A DNA stretch of 33,995 bases. Source: an uncultured Bacteroidota bacterium. GTDB lineage: Bacteria > Bacteroidota > Bacteroidia > Flavobacteriales > Flavobacteriaceae. Under the pieces are notes generated by a model. That model did no database searches, was not told the origin of the DNA, and saw only the letters and a list, made by a program, of their open reading frames with translations. Shown here piece by piece: positions 1 through 9,738 of the stretch. Every line of letters begins with the position of its first letter. The first letter of the stretch is position 1. The stretch lies in assembly GCA_903920835.1 (NCBI GenBank), contig CAIXNQ010000266.1, forward strand, positions 1 through 33,995, given 5' to 3'. The position numbers were made by a program, and so were the translations under genes.

Positions 1-70
1 GAATAAGTGCTTTTTTGGAGCTATTTTGTTGAGAAAATTACTTTATAAGCTGTCAATTATTTGGTTTAAG
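1..70. repeat. Dispersed non-coding repeat, copy A (cut by window edge); inverted relative to copy B at 13697-13766
   Basis: Manual ungapped alignment of 1-70 to the reverse complement of 13697-13766 gives 62/70 identities. Confidence 0.85.
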
Positions 71-442
71 AAGCTTTAATAATGATATAAGTAGAGATAA
101 ATACTTGATTGTCATTGAAAAAATCTAATAAAAAAAGCCTTTTTAATGGTTTGTAACAATTTTTATATGTTTGAAAATTAAATAAGGAAAAAAAATTCTT
201 CGTCAATATATACAGTTTTGTAAGTATTAGCGAAAGTTTGTCTACGTTATTTAACAGTTAGATACACCTTAAGATAAACTCAAGACAGCCTTCAATGGTT
301 CAACTTTTTTTGAAATTATGGATTTATTAAAATGTTTGTAGTAGGTAAATAAGTTATTCATTTTTAACAAGCTTAAGAAATTAATCTCATATCAAACGAA
401 TAAAACTTTTGAAGAAATAGATTATCTTAATCACTATTTTTT

Positions 443-450
443 TACATTTG
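443..450 (+). promoter_or_regulatory. Bacteroidota sigma-70 -7 box upstream of DUF1599 operon
   Basis: TACATTTG matches TAnnTTTG, 14 nt before ATG 465. Confidence 0.55.
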
Positions 451-464
451 GGCAAAATTGAAAG

Positions 465-1004
465 ATGAGTACTACTTCTAAAGAATACGATAAAATCATA
501 GGCATTTGCAGGGAGCTATTTGGCAAGAAATTGAAAGATTATGGTTGTGCGTGGCGCATCATGCGGTTGCCTTCATTGACGGATCAAATATTTATAAAGG
601 CCCAACGCATTAGAAGTCTTCAAGAAAACGAGGTTAGAAAAGTTGACGAAGACGAAACCAGCGAGTTTATCGGAATCATTAATTATGCCCTAATTTCACT
701 AATTCAATTAGAGCTTGGTGTGGCAACGCAGCCCGACTTGTCTAATGAAGAGTCCATAAAATTATATGATGCCAAAATAGCCTTAACAAAACAATTAATG
801 GAAGACAAAAACCATGATTATGGCGAGGCTTGGCGCGAAATGAGAGTGAGTTCGCTCACCGATTTAATTCTGCAAAAACTACTTAGAGTTAAACAAATAG
901 AAGACAACAAAGGAAAAACACTGGTTTCTGAAGGCATTGATGCCAATTATCAAGACATGATTAATTATGCTGTTTTTGCTTTGATTTTGATGAAGTTTGA
1001 ATAA
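465..1004 (+). CDS. DUF1599 domain protein (two copies of the domain)
   Basis: Duplicated K-x-x-DYG-x-AWR-x-MR-x-x-SLTD motif; usual position upstream of DoxX/tpiA in Bacteroidota. Confidence 0.85.
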   Translation: MSTTSKEYDKIIGICRELFGKKLKDYGCAWRIMRLPSLTDQIFIKAQRIRSLQENEVRKVDEDETSEFIGIINYALISLIQLELGVATQPDLSNEESIKLYDAKIALTKQLMEDKNHDYGEAWREMRVSSLTDLILQKLLRVKQIEDNKGKTLVSEGIDANYQDMINYAVFALILMKFE

Positions 1005-1067
1005 CAAAACCTTAACAAAAAGCAATCGGTTTCGACTGTATATTTGTTTCTTTTAAATTCTATCATT

Positions 1068-2168
1068 ATGAATGATTACAAAAAATATTTTCCTTGGACC
1101 ATTCGGGTGTTGGTTTCCTTTTTATTCATTATTTCGGCAATCGCCAAAATGTATCCTTCGCCTTATTTTGCAATTTCAACTTTTGAGGTTAAACAGCTTT
1201 ATAGCTTAGGTTTTTCTGAAGCAATTGCGCCCTATTTTTCCAGAACATTAATCGGAATCGAGATGGCGCTGGGCCTATTATTATTGCAAAACAATTGGTT
1301 AAAAAAGTTCATCATTCCGACTACTATTTTATTATTGGCAGTTTTTGTGGGGCATTTAACCTTTGTTACTTTTCTAAAAGGTGGCAATACTGGCAACTGT
1401 GGCTGCTTTGGGGAATTAATTCCGATGACGCCCATTCAGGCAATAATTAAAAATATTGCAGCTATCGGGCTTTTGGGGTATTTGTATTTTTTAATCCCGA
1501 AAGAAAACAAAAACGGTAATTTTTGGGTTTTAACAACGGTGCTGTTTGCTACCATAATGGCAATTTATATGCTGGCTCCAATTCAACCGCCAGCCGCTAA
1601 TTTTACCGTATCTCCTTCCGAAGTGATTTCTGAACCTGATTCAAACGAAACTTTAAATGACACTATTACTTCTAAAGAATTAGTTACGGAGAAAGATACA
1701 AACAAAACCATAAAGAAAGATTCGATTGTTAAAACGGAAGTTAAAATCAACGAACCCAAAAAGACAAAATCAGGTTATGCTAACTTTTTTCCTAAGATAG
1801 ATTCTGGCAGAAAAGTCCTTTGTTTCTTCGTTCCAGGTTGCGATCATTGTAGAGAAGTTGCCAAAGAACTCAACGAAATGAAGCAAAAAGATAAGAATTT
1901 TCCTGAAATTCAAGTCTTGTTTATGAACGAAGAAGCCGATTTGATTCCGGAGTTTTTTAAAGTTGCAGGCACGCAATATCCATATAAAATAATAGAAATT
2001 ATTCCGTTTTGGAAAATGCTCGGCACCGGAAAAGACACTCCGGGAGTTAAATATCTTTGGAACGGAAATGAGCTTAAATATTATTACGGCATTACAGACA
2101 ACAAGTTCAATGCTGCCGAATTTAAGGAATTGGTCAACAAACCTTTTGCCGATTTAAAGAAAAAATAG
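1068..2168 (+). CDS. DoxX/MauE-family membrane protein with C-terminal thioredoxin-like domain
   Basis: N-terminal TM helices, GNCGCFG MauE-type motif, C-terminal CDHC; ATG 1068 preferred to TTG 1044. Confidence 0.75.
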   Translation: MNDYKKYFPWTIRVLVSFLFIISAIAKMYPSPYFAISTFEVKQLYSLGFSEAIAPYFSRTLIGIEMALGLLLLQNNWLKKFIIPTTILLLAVFVGHLTFVTFLKGGNTGNCGCFGELIPMTPIQAIIKNIAAIGLLGYLYFLIPKENKNGNFWVLTTVLFATIMAIYMLAPIQPPAANFTVSPSEVISEPDSNETLNDTITSKELVTEKDTNKTIKKDSIVKTEVKINEPKKTKSGYANFFPKIDSGRKVLCFFVPGCDHCREVAKELNEMKQKDKNFPEIQVLFMNEEADLIPEFFKVAGTQYPYKIIEIIPFWKMLGTGKDTPGVKYLWNGNELKYYYGITDNKFNAAEFKELVNKPFADLKKK

Positions 2169-2201
2169 TCAAGGCTGAGATGAATCAAAATAAATTAAAT
2201 T

Positions 2202-2699
2202 ATGAAAAAAATTATTCTTTCGTTATTCGTTATCTTTACTTTCAACGCCTGTTCGCAAGGTCAAAAAACGGCTTTTGCGCCAGCAGCATTGTCCGAAAAA
2301 CTATTGGCATTTGACGGAAGTCAACCCACTTTTCAAGACATTTTAAATGCACATAAAAACCAAACTGTTGTTATTGAAGTGTGGGCGTCATGGTGCGGAG
2401 ATTGTGTCAAAGCAATGCCAAAAGTTAAAGCGCTTCAAGCCAAAAATCCAACGGTTGCTTATGTTTTTATATCAATGGATAAAACAGCCGATAAATGGAA
2501 AGAAGGCATCGAAAAACACGGACTCAAAGGCGATCATTATATGGCAAACAACGGCATGAAAGGCGCATTTGGCAAAGCGATAGACCTGGATTGGATTCCG
2601 AGATATATCATTATTGATAAAACAGGCAAAATTGTTTTGTATAGAGCCATCGAAACCGATTTTGACAAAATAGAATCATTACTTCAAAAATTAAACTAA
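2202..2699 (+). CDS. TlpA-family thiol-disulfide oxidoreductase (probable lipoprotein)
   Basis: WASWCGDC and IPRY motifs; FNAC lipobox. Confidence 0.85.
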   Translation: MKKIILSLFVIFTFNACSQGQKTAFAPAALSEKLLAFDGSQPTFQDILNAHKNQTVVIEVWASWCGDCVKAMPKVKALQAKNPTVAYVFISMDKTADKWKEGIEKHGLKGDHYMANNGMKGAFGKAIDLDWIPRYIIIDKTGKIVLYRAIETDFDKIESLLQKLN

Positions 2700-2715
2700 C
2701 TATAAATAAAATATT

Positions 2716-3468
2716 ATGAGAGCAAAAATTGTCGCCGGAAACTGGAAAATGAATAAAACCGCCACCGAAACCAACGATTTATTAACGGAATTAATATCTA
2801 AAATACCTTCAAACACCTCAACCGAAGTAATCGTTGCGCCAACTTTTGTCAACCTTTCTGCAGCTGTACGTCAATTAGCAGCAACTTCAATTCAAGTGGC
2901 GGCACAAAATATGCACCAAGCAGAAAACGGTGCTTTTACAGGCGAGATTTCGGCAGCGATGCTCAAAAGTGTTGGCGTTACTACCGTAATTCTTGGTCAT
3001 TCCGAGCGAAGAGCCATCTTTCACGAAACCGATGCTGTGATTGCTTATAAAGTGGACACTGCATTGCAACACGATATGCGCGTTATTTTTTGTTTTGGCG
3101 AAGAACTGAAAGACCGTCAAAATAACCAACATTTTTCTGTTGTTGAGAACCAACTTAGAGACGGACTATTTCAATTGAAAAACGAGCATTGGGAACATAT
3201 TGTTCTTGCCTACGAACCTGTTTGGGCGATTGGAACTGGCGAAACTGCAAGCCCAGAACAAGCCCAAGAAATGCACGAATTTATTAGAGAAACGGTGAGA
3301 AAAACTTATGGAAATGACATTGCCGACCAAGTTGCAATTCTTTATGGCGGCAGTGTGAAGCCTGATAATGCGAAAGAGATTTTCTCAAAACCCGACGTTG
3401 ATGGCGGACTAATTGGCGGTGCTGCCTTGAAAGCGGACGATTTTCTGGCGATTGTTACTGCGATTTAA
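2716..3468 (+). CDS. tpiA: Triosephosphate isomerase
   Basis: AGNWKMN, GHSERR, AYEPVWAIGTG, YGGSVKP, DGGLIGGA motifs. Confidence 0.99.
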   Translation: MRAKIVAGNWKMNKTATETNDLLTELISKIPSNTSTEVIVAPTFVNLSAAVRQLAATSIQVAAQNMHQAENGAFTGEISAAMLKSVGVTTVILGHSERRAIFHETDAVIAYKVDTALQHDMRVIFCFGEELKDRQNNQHFSVVENQLRDGLFQLKNEHWEHIVLAYEPVWAIGTGETASPEQAQEMHEFIRETVRKTYGNDIADQVAILYGGSVKPDNAKEIFSKPDVDGGLIGGAALKADDFLAIVTAI

Positions 3469-3493
3469 TAATAAAAACAAGCTTTTTTTATAC

Positions 3494-3528
3494 AAAACCC
3501 TTCGGCTCTCTTGAATCGAAGGGTTTTT
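3494..3528. terminator. Intrinsic terminator after tpiA (possibly bidirectional)
   Basis: AAAACCCTTCG...CGAAGGGTTTTT hairpin with A/T tails. Confidence 0.85.
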
Positions 3529-3595
3529 GCTTTAAGAAAATTTCATCTTTTCACTAAGCTATGTTTAATAAAATTTAGCATTGCGCCTTTATTCT

Positions 3596-3646
3596 TAATC
3601 AATAACATTGTTTCTATGTGGTTAAAAAAACAATACGAACTTAGGT
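3596..3646. repeat. Short dispersed element ending CGAACTTAGGT; possible IS982-like terminal remnant
   Basis: Similar to 25939-26001, which ends CGAACTCAGGT; IS family assignment is from memory only. Confidence 0.4.
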
Positions 3647-3676
3647 ATTAAAAAGCAATAGAATGAATTTATTGTT

Positions 3677-4588
3677 TCATTTCAAAACTTTTACTTTAAT
3701 AGTGTCGTTTACACCATAATTTCCTGTCAGTAGAATTTGGTCTTTTGGGGTTAACGCTGGAGAAATTATCTCAATTCGGTCATCGGTTGCAATGCCTATT
3801 TCTATCGGAACTTTAACTGCGGTGTTGCTGTTAATCATTTTCATTATCCAAAAATGGGTTTCGGTTTGGTCGCTCAAAACGGCAGCTTTTGGCAAAGAAA
3901 CAGCGTTTGAACTTGACGCTTTATTGATTTTAACTTTCACAATTAAGTTCTCTGGAAGATCCTGAGCACCTTCTATTTTCAGGACAACGCTCTGTGTTTG
4001 CGAAGTTGCATCAACTGTGGGCATATATTTTTGAACAGTTGCCATGCGGTTCGTTCCATCGGGCAGGGTGACGGACAATCTTTTGCCGAGGGTTACGTAG
4101 CGTTTTAAATTATAAGGCAAACTCAAAACAATTCCGAAACTTTTGGTGTCATTGATGGTGACCAACGCATCACCGTCTTGAACATAATCGCCTTGCTGCA
4201 CATTGATTGAAGTGATGGTCCCGTTAGTGTTTGAGCGCACTTTGATGGCTTCGCCAAAGTTGAGCGTTGGGTCTATTTTGTTGATGGTATTGCCCAAAAC
4301 TTTGGCTTCTCTGGTTTTAATTGAAAGCAATATTTGTCCCGTGGCAACATAATCATTGACGGCAACATTCACCGAACTCAAATAGCCAGTAGCATTGGCT
4401 TTAATGATGTTTTTTACTAAATAAGTCGCTGTGCCGTTAAGTTCTAAAGCATTTTCTAAGCCCGCAGCATTTATTGTTGTTAGGGTTACAGGAACGATTA
4501 CTTCTTCGGTTTTTTCAGTTTCTTCAGATTGCTTGCAGGAAGCTATTGAAAGAAGTAGGGCTATAAGAAAAATATAATTGTTGTTCAT
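3677..4588 (-). CDS. RND efflux periplasmic adaptor (membrane fusion protein), lipoprotein
   Basis: Lipoyl-like half motifs (GYLSSVNVAVNDYV, VQQGDYVQDGDAL), SIASC lipobox; ATG 4588 preferred; follows TolC gene. Confidence 0.85.
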   Translation of the reverse strand: MNNNYIFLIALLLSIASCKQSEETEKTEEVIVPVTLTTINAAGLENALELNGTATYLVKNIIKANATGYLSSVNVAVNDYVATGQILLSIKTREAKVLGNTINKIDPTLNFGEAIKVRSNTNGTITSINVQQGDYVQDGDALVTINDTKSFGIVLSLPYNLKRYVTLGKRLSVTLPDGTNRMATVQKYMPTVDATSQTQSVVLKIEGAQDLPENLIVKVKINKASSSNAVSLPKAAVLSDQTETHFWIMKMINSNTAVKVPIEIGIATDDRIEIISPALTPKDQILLTGNYGVNDTIKVKVLK

Positions 4589-4595
4589 AGCTGTT

Positions 4596-5834
4596 TTAGT
4601 TGTTGGTGTTCCAGTAATTAATTTCATTAATAACGAGAAGTTTATTGACTTTATTCTGAGAGATATTGTTGTTTATTGAAATGATGTTTGCAATAGCGAT
4701 GACAAAGTCAGTAATTTGAGCATCGCCCGTTAGGAGCAACTTCTTGTCGGCTTCAATCAATGCTTCGGAAACCGAGAGTTGCAACTGCAACTGTTTTTCT
4801 ATTTGATTGGATTGCTCTAGTTTTTGACGAAGTTGTAGCAATTGTTGACTGTATTGTCGGTTGAAATTGCTTTTATAGGCAGCGGTTGTTGCCAAAGCAA
4901 CGGTGTTTTTTTGATGCGACAAACTTCTTTGATTGCCATCAAAAATCGGAACAGAAAGCCCTAGCCCAACACTGAAACCAAAGTTTTTGTGTCCTTCGCT
5001 ATAGAAACTTGACAAATATCCCGCATCTGTCAGCAAATTGAGTGCCGGTTTATAACGGTTGTCAATGAGTTTATTCTGGTTTATAATCTTTAGACTGTCA
5101 ACTTCAAATTGCTTTATGAAGATGCTCTTTTCTGACTTTTGAATATTCTGAATCGAAATATCTGGCTTTTTCAAACTTACGAAAGTGGTGTCGGAGATTC
5201 CACAGAGATAATTCAGCAGTCCGACATCATTTTGATATTGGTGTTTTAGCTGCATTACTTGAAGTTCTTGCTGCTTCAAAGTTGATAGAAAAATCAGATA
5301 ATCGGTTTGTTTATAGATGGAGTTTTGGGTTAGTCGCTTCAAAACTTGAGCTTCATCGGTCAACAGGGCAAGCATCTTATTGTTGTAATTTATTTGGTCG
5401 GCGCTTCCGGTAGCCGTGATGTATTGCGAGGTAACAATTTTATTCAAATCTTTTACCGCAATTTTCTTATTTAGAGATAATGCTTCTTTAATAAGTTTAT
5501 AGCTTTCTGCCTGCGAATTGATTTGACTTTTGCCAATAATTCGTTTGTTTAGACCCACCAATCCAACAACAGATTGACTGTTGGTAATAGTGTTGTCATA
5601 TCCATAATTGTCTAGGTTTGGCGAGAGGTTGGCGTTGAGGTTGGCGGCTACTTGAGGTTTATATTGCGCTTTATTCAATAAACTATCAAGTGAGTTCAGC
5701 TTTATTTGATTGGATAAATCAATAAGCAACGGCGAATTAATTCTGGCTTTTTCTGTATAAAAAAACAAGTCTTTCTCTTGCGAAAAAGACTTGCTTATAA
5801 ATAAAATGAGTATATAAAATATAGTTCTTTTCAT
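4596..5834 (-). CDS. TolC-family outer membrane efflux protein
   Basis: Signal peptide, long helical segments, GLGLSVPIFDG motif. Confidence 0.85.
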   Translation of the reverse strand: MKRTIFYILILFISKSFSQEKDLFFYTEKARINSPLLIDLSNQIKLNSLDSLLNKAQYKPQVAANLNANLSPNLDNYGYDNTITNSQSVVGLVGLNKRIIGKSQINSQAESYKLIKEALSLNKKIAVKDLNKIVTSQYITATGSADQINYNNKMLALLTDEAQVLKRLTQNSIYKQTDYLIFLSTLKQQELQVMQLKHQYQNDVGLLNYLCGISDTTFVSLKKPDISIQNIQKSEKSIFIKQFEVDSLKIINQNKLIDNRYKPALNLLTDAGYLSSFYSEGHKNFGFSVGLGLSVPIFDGNQRSLSHQKNTVALATTAAYKSNFNRQYSQQLLQLRQKLEQSNQIEKQLQLQLSVSEALIEADKKLLLTGDAQITDFVIAIANIISINNNISQNKVNKLLVINEINYWNTNN

Positions 5835-5860
5835 TTGGCTAAATTAAGTAAAAAAATGAT

Positions 5861-6880
5861 TTAGTTACTTTCAACAACCAAGATGGCAAAAGAATTAGGG
5901 ATAATTGAGGATTTTGGTTTTGGGTTTTCGGTTGTTGCAGCTGGTTTTGCGCCATACTCCGCCGATGACAAATACAATTGATGTGTTTTGTTGTTTAGCG
6001 TAATGGTTCGTGCTCCTTTTTGAGTAGATACGGTTTGAACTACCGAAAAGTCGTTTGCTGAGTTTTCTCTAACAACCGTAATTGTCCCTGCGCCATTGGA
6101 ACTGAACGCTAACTTTCTATCAGAATCAAAAGCCACACCATCGCAACCTTCACCAATTGGCAATGATTTAATCACTTTTCCATTGGCAGCATCAACTACA
6201 ATCATTAATTTATTACCACAAACCGAAAACAATCTATTTGAAGTTAAATCAATGGCTAATCCTGTTGGTTCTTCGCCGGGAGTAATGCTCCAACTTGCCA
6301 TAACTTCAAGGCTTTTAGTGTCGATAGTTTTAATTTGATTCTTGTCTTCAATGTTTACATAAATCAAACCTTTGGTATTTGTTACTGAAAATTCTGGTTT
6401 TCCACCAAGCGGAATTGTTTTAATGACTTTGTTCGTAATAGCATCAAGAACAGTGGCATCTTTGCTTTTGGCATTAAACGTAAATACTTTCCGAGAAAAT
6501 TGATCGTATAAAACTGCATCAGGTTTTTGACCTTCAATTGCAACTTTTTCTATCAATTCAAAGTTTTTTAAATCAATAATAGAAACCGAATTGTCTTTGC
6601 CATTTGTGATAAATGCTTTGTTTAGTTCGTTTGCAACTGCAATGCCGTGAACGCCTTTGGTGTTTTGAATCGTAGCAATTGTTTTCTCAGTCTTTAAATC
6701 GACCACGTTAACTACATTGCCATGCGAAACAAACAGATGTTGATTTGGTTCATCAACCGAAAGATAATCCCAACCTTCATCTCCAGCAATGGTAATTTTT
6801 TTTGCAACTTTATAGGTTTGGCAATTGCTGTTGGCAACAAATCCAAAGCTTATTAAAAACAAATAGAATATTTTTTTCAT
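5861..6880 (-). CDS. YncE-family / YVTN beta-propeller protein, exported
   Basis: GWDYL motif, repeated V-S-I-I-D blades, GARTI motif, signal peptide. Confidence 0.85.
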   Translation of the reverse strand: MKKIFYLFLISFGFVANSNCQTYKVAKKITIAGDEGWDYLSVDEPNQHLFVSHGNVVNVVDLKTEKTIATIQNTKGVHGIAVANELNKAFITNGKDNSVSIIDLKNFELIEKVAIEGQKPDAVLYDQFSRKVFTFNAKSKDATVLDAITNKVIKTIPLGGKPEFSVTNTKGLIYVNIEDKNQIKTIDTKSLEVMASWSITPGEEPTGLAIDLTSNRLFSVCGNKLMIVVDAANGKVIKSLPIGEGCDGVAFDSDRKLAFSSNGAGTITVVRENSANDFSVVQTVSTQKGARTITLNNKTHQLYLSSAEYGAKPAATTENPKPKSSIIPNSFAILVVESN

Positions 6881-6975
6881 TTTTTAGTTTATTTCAACTC
6901 GATATATGAATTAACAATGCAATATTAATCTAAAATATCGTTTTGAATCCATAAAGAGAAATGGTTTTTGTTTAT

Positions 6976-7415
6976 TTAGTCATATTTCATGAAAGTTCCC
7001 TTTGCATCAAAAATAACATCGTGTGATTTCTTATCTTTTTTAACTTCTACTTCATAAGTAACTACGTTTTTGTCGTCTGTTATTTTTTCGGTTTCTTTAA
7101 TTTTTTCAGAAGGATAATTTTTCTTTACATAATCAATAACTCCAGCTGGAAGTTCAGATTCTTTAATTTCTACTTCAATTGATTTTCTGTGTCCAGATGC
7201 ATCATAAACTGTTGAAGTTTCAACACCGTTTACTTCAAATGCAGCTTCAAAATCATTTTCTTCTTTCATCCATTTTACTTTTTCAGGAGAAAATTCTTTT
7301 TTAAACGACTCAAGAACTGCTGTTGGCACTTCAATCTTTTCATGTTTCTTTTCTTTTTTTGAGCAAATAGACCAACGCTCATTAAAATTACAACTGTTAG
7401 AATTAGTTTTTGCAT
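6976..7415 (-). pseudogene. PepSY-like exported protein split by a 1-nt frameshift in an A7 run
   Basis: Signal peptide MQKLILTVVILMSVGLFAQ from ATG 7415 is out of frame with the PepSY-like body (VPTAV...ELPAGV...YEVEV...FDAKG); one extra A at 7354-7360 joins them. Confidence 0.75.
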
Positions 7416-7573
7416 TTCTTTTTTATTTAAGTTTAATTAGTTCGTGTACCTACACGACAATAAGGCAAAAGTAGAATAGAAGTAAATAAATTGATTTTCA
7501 GTGCTACTTAATTTATTCTTTAATCATTAAACAAATAGATTCTTTAAGTTATTTTGACGCATACAATTTAAAT

Positions 7574-7608
7574 AAAAAAGACTGCCATGTATTATTATGA
7601 CAGTCTTT
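7574..7608 (-). terminator. Intrinsic terminator after frr
   Basis: AAAGACTGCCAT/ATGACAGTCTTT stem with T-run on minus strand. Confidence 0.75.
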
Positions 7609-7627
7609 CTTTATGAATTTTGAAGTA

Positions 7628-8188
7628 TTACACCTTCATTATTTCGGCTTCTTTAATTACCAAATGTTCGTCTATTTTCTTGATGAATGCATCTGTAAAT
7701 TTTTGAACGGTTTCTTCTGCTGTTTTGCAATCGTCTTCAGAAGTACCTTCTTTTTCTAGTTTTTTAATATCTGTATTGGCATCTTTTCGAGCGTTTCTAA
7801 TACCGACTTTTGCATCTTCTGCTTCTGATTTAGCTTGTTTTACTAAATCTTTTCTGCGTTCTTCTGTAAGTGGTGGCACACTAATAATCACTACATCACC
7901 ATTATTCATTGGATTAAAACCAAGATTGGCAATCATAATGGCTTTTTCAATTGGGTGCAGCATACTTTTTTCATACGGCTGAATGGTTATCGTTCTCGCA
8001 TCAGGAACGTTGATGTTTGAAACTTGCGACAACGGAGTTTGAGCTCCATAATAATCTACAAAAACGCTTCCGAGCATTTGTGGCGATGCTTTTCCGGCAC
8101 GAATATTTAAAAATGATTTCTCTAAATGTGCAATCGTACCGTTCATTGATTCTTGGGTACTTTCTAATATAAATTGAATTTCTTCCAT
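7628..8188 (-). CDS. frr: Ribosome recycling factor
   Basis: IRAGKA, DYYG, PPLTEERRKDLVK motifs; follows pyrH. Confidence 0.99.
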   Translation of the reverse strand: MEEIQFILESTQESMNGTIAHLEKSFLNIRAGKASPQMLGSVFVDYYGAQTPLSQVSNINVPDARTITIQPYEKSMLHPIEKAIMIANLGFNPMNNGDVVIISVPPLTEERRKDLVKQAKSEAEDAKVGIRNARKDANTDIKKLEKEGTSEDDCKTAEETVQKFTDAFIKKIDEHLVIKEAEIMKV

Positions 8189-8218
8189 AGTATTAGTAAT
8201 TGATTTTGAATAATTTTA

Positions 8219-8926
8219 TTATATATTTACAACGGTTCCGATGTTGTCTCCCTCACAAATTTTTAATAAATTGCCCTCTTTGTTCATGTCAAAAACAACA
8301 ATTGGCAATTTGTTTTCTTGGCTCAAAGTAAATGCAGTTGTGTCCATCACGTTCAAACCTTTTTTGAGCACATCTTCAAAAGAAATGTAATCAAATTTAA
8401 CGGCGTCTTTATCTTTTTCTGGATCGGCAGTATAAATTCCATCAACACGTGTTCCTTTAAGGATAACGTCGGCATGAACTTCAACTCCTCTCAAAACAGC
8501 AGCAGTATCAGTTGTGAAATAAGGATTTCCCGTTCCGGCTCCAAAAATTACAATGCGTCCTTTTTCTAGATGACGAACCGCTCTTCTTTTGATATAGGGC
8601 TCTGCAATAGCTTCGATTTTTAAAGCAGTTTGCAATCGAGTCAACATTCCTTTGTCTTCTAAAGCACCTTGAAGCGCCATTCCGTTGATTACTGTAGCAA
8701 GCATTCCCATATAATCTCCTTGAACACGATCCATGCCGTTACTTGCTCCTGCAACACCTCTAAAAATGTTTCCGCCACCAATAACAATTGCAATTTGAAC
8801 TCCTTTATCGTGAATTTGCTTTATTTGATCGGCATATTCCGAAAGTCTTGCTGGATCGATTCCGTATTGTCGGTCGCCCATCAAGGCTTCACCGCTTAAT
8901 TTTAGAAGTATTCTTTTGTATTTCAT
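8219..8926 (-). CDS. pyrH: UMP kinase
   Basis: [27 protein letters not shown] motifs. Confidence 0.99.
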   Translation of the reverse strand: MKYKRILLKLSGEALMGDRQYGIDPARLSEYADQIKQIHDKGVQIAIVIGGGNIFRGVAGASNGMDRVQGDYMGMLATVINGMALQGALEDKGMLTRLQTALKIEAIAEPYIKRRAVRHLEKGRIVIFGAGTGNPYFTTDTAAVLRGVEVHADVILKGTRVDGIYTADPEKDKDAVKFDYISFEDVLKKGLNVMDTTAFTLSQENKLPIVVFDMNKEGNLLKICEGDNIGTVVNI

Positions 8927-8994
8927 ACAGGTTTGCTTTTAGAAGTTTGTTTTATTGATTAATAATTTAGGAGCGTAATTACTTATTTTGTGCG

Positions 8995-9002
8995 CAAATA
9001 TA
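8995..9002 (-). promoter_or_regulatory. -7 promoter box for pyrH-frr
   Basis: TATATTTG on minus strand. Confidence 0.5.
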
Positions 9003-9087
9003 AACAATTCATTATTTTGATTGTAACAATTATTGCAAACAGACCATAAATAATTATTTACTTTTGTTCGAAATTAATCAAAAAAAA

Positions 9088-9684
9088 ATGACTTCAATTC
9101 TTAATAACAGTCTATCAAAAAGCATTACCTATTCTGAATATCGAGAATTGGTTTCTAAATTTGCGCTTGAAGGTAAAACCACAGGAGACAATTCATCTGC
9201 ATCGCTAATTCATTATACACACTTGAACGATGCCCGAATGCGTAGATTGGACAAAACACTTGAGTTGACGCCATCAGTTCAAAATTTTTTAGAAAACAAC
9301 AATAGAGAATTCATCTGGTTAGTAATTACCGAAAGCTGGTGTGGCGATGCAGCTCAGATTTTGCCTGTAATTGCAAAAATGAGCGAAGCTTCAAACAAAA
9401 TTCAAATGAGAATCGTGCTTCGTGATGAAAACCCAGAACTGATGAATTTGTTTTTAACCAACGACACAAAATCTATTCCGAAATTGATTGTTATGGACCA
9501 AAAAACAGAAAATAGTATTGCAGATTTTGGACCCAGACCCAAAGGCGCAGCAGATTTTATGTTGAATTACAAACTCGAATTTGGACAAATAGATGACAAT
9601 GCAAAACTCGAACTTCAAAAGTGGTACACCCAAAACAAAGGAGTCGAGATTCAAGATGCGATTATTGAACTGATTTCTCGCTAA
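9088..9684 (+). CDS. Thioredoxin-family protein (single-Cys WCGD type)
   Basis: TESWCGDA, SIPKLI, GPRP motifs; ATG 9088 preferred. Confidence 0.85.
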   Translation: MTSILNNSLSKSITYSEYRELVSKFALEGKTTGDNSSASLIHYTHLNDARMRRLDKTLELTPSVQNFLENNNREFIWLVITESWCGDAAQILPVIAKMSEASNKIQMRIVLRDENPELMNLFLTNDTKSIPKLIVMDQKTENSIADFGPRPKGAADFMLNYKLEFGQIDDNAKLELQKWYTQNKGVEIQDAIIELISR

Positions 9685-9738
9685 AACCTTTTTTACAATT
9701 ATAAATACTACTTTTGATACTTTCAAGTTATAGTATTT

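Noticed and set aside
7485-7510. IHF or dif-like site (TTGATTTTCA; similar near 29345)
   Set aside because: Only partial consensus match in very AT-rich DNA
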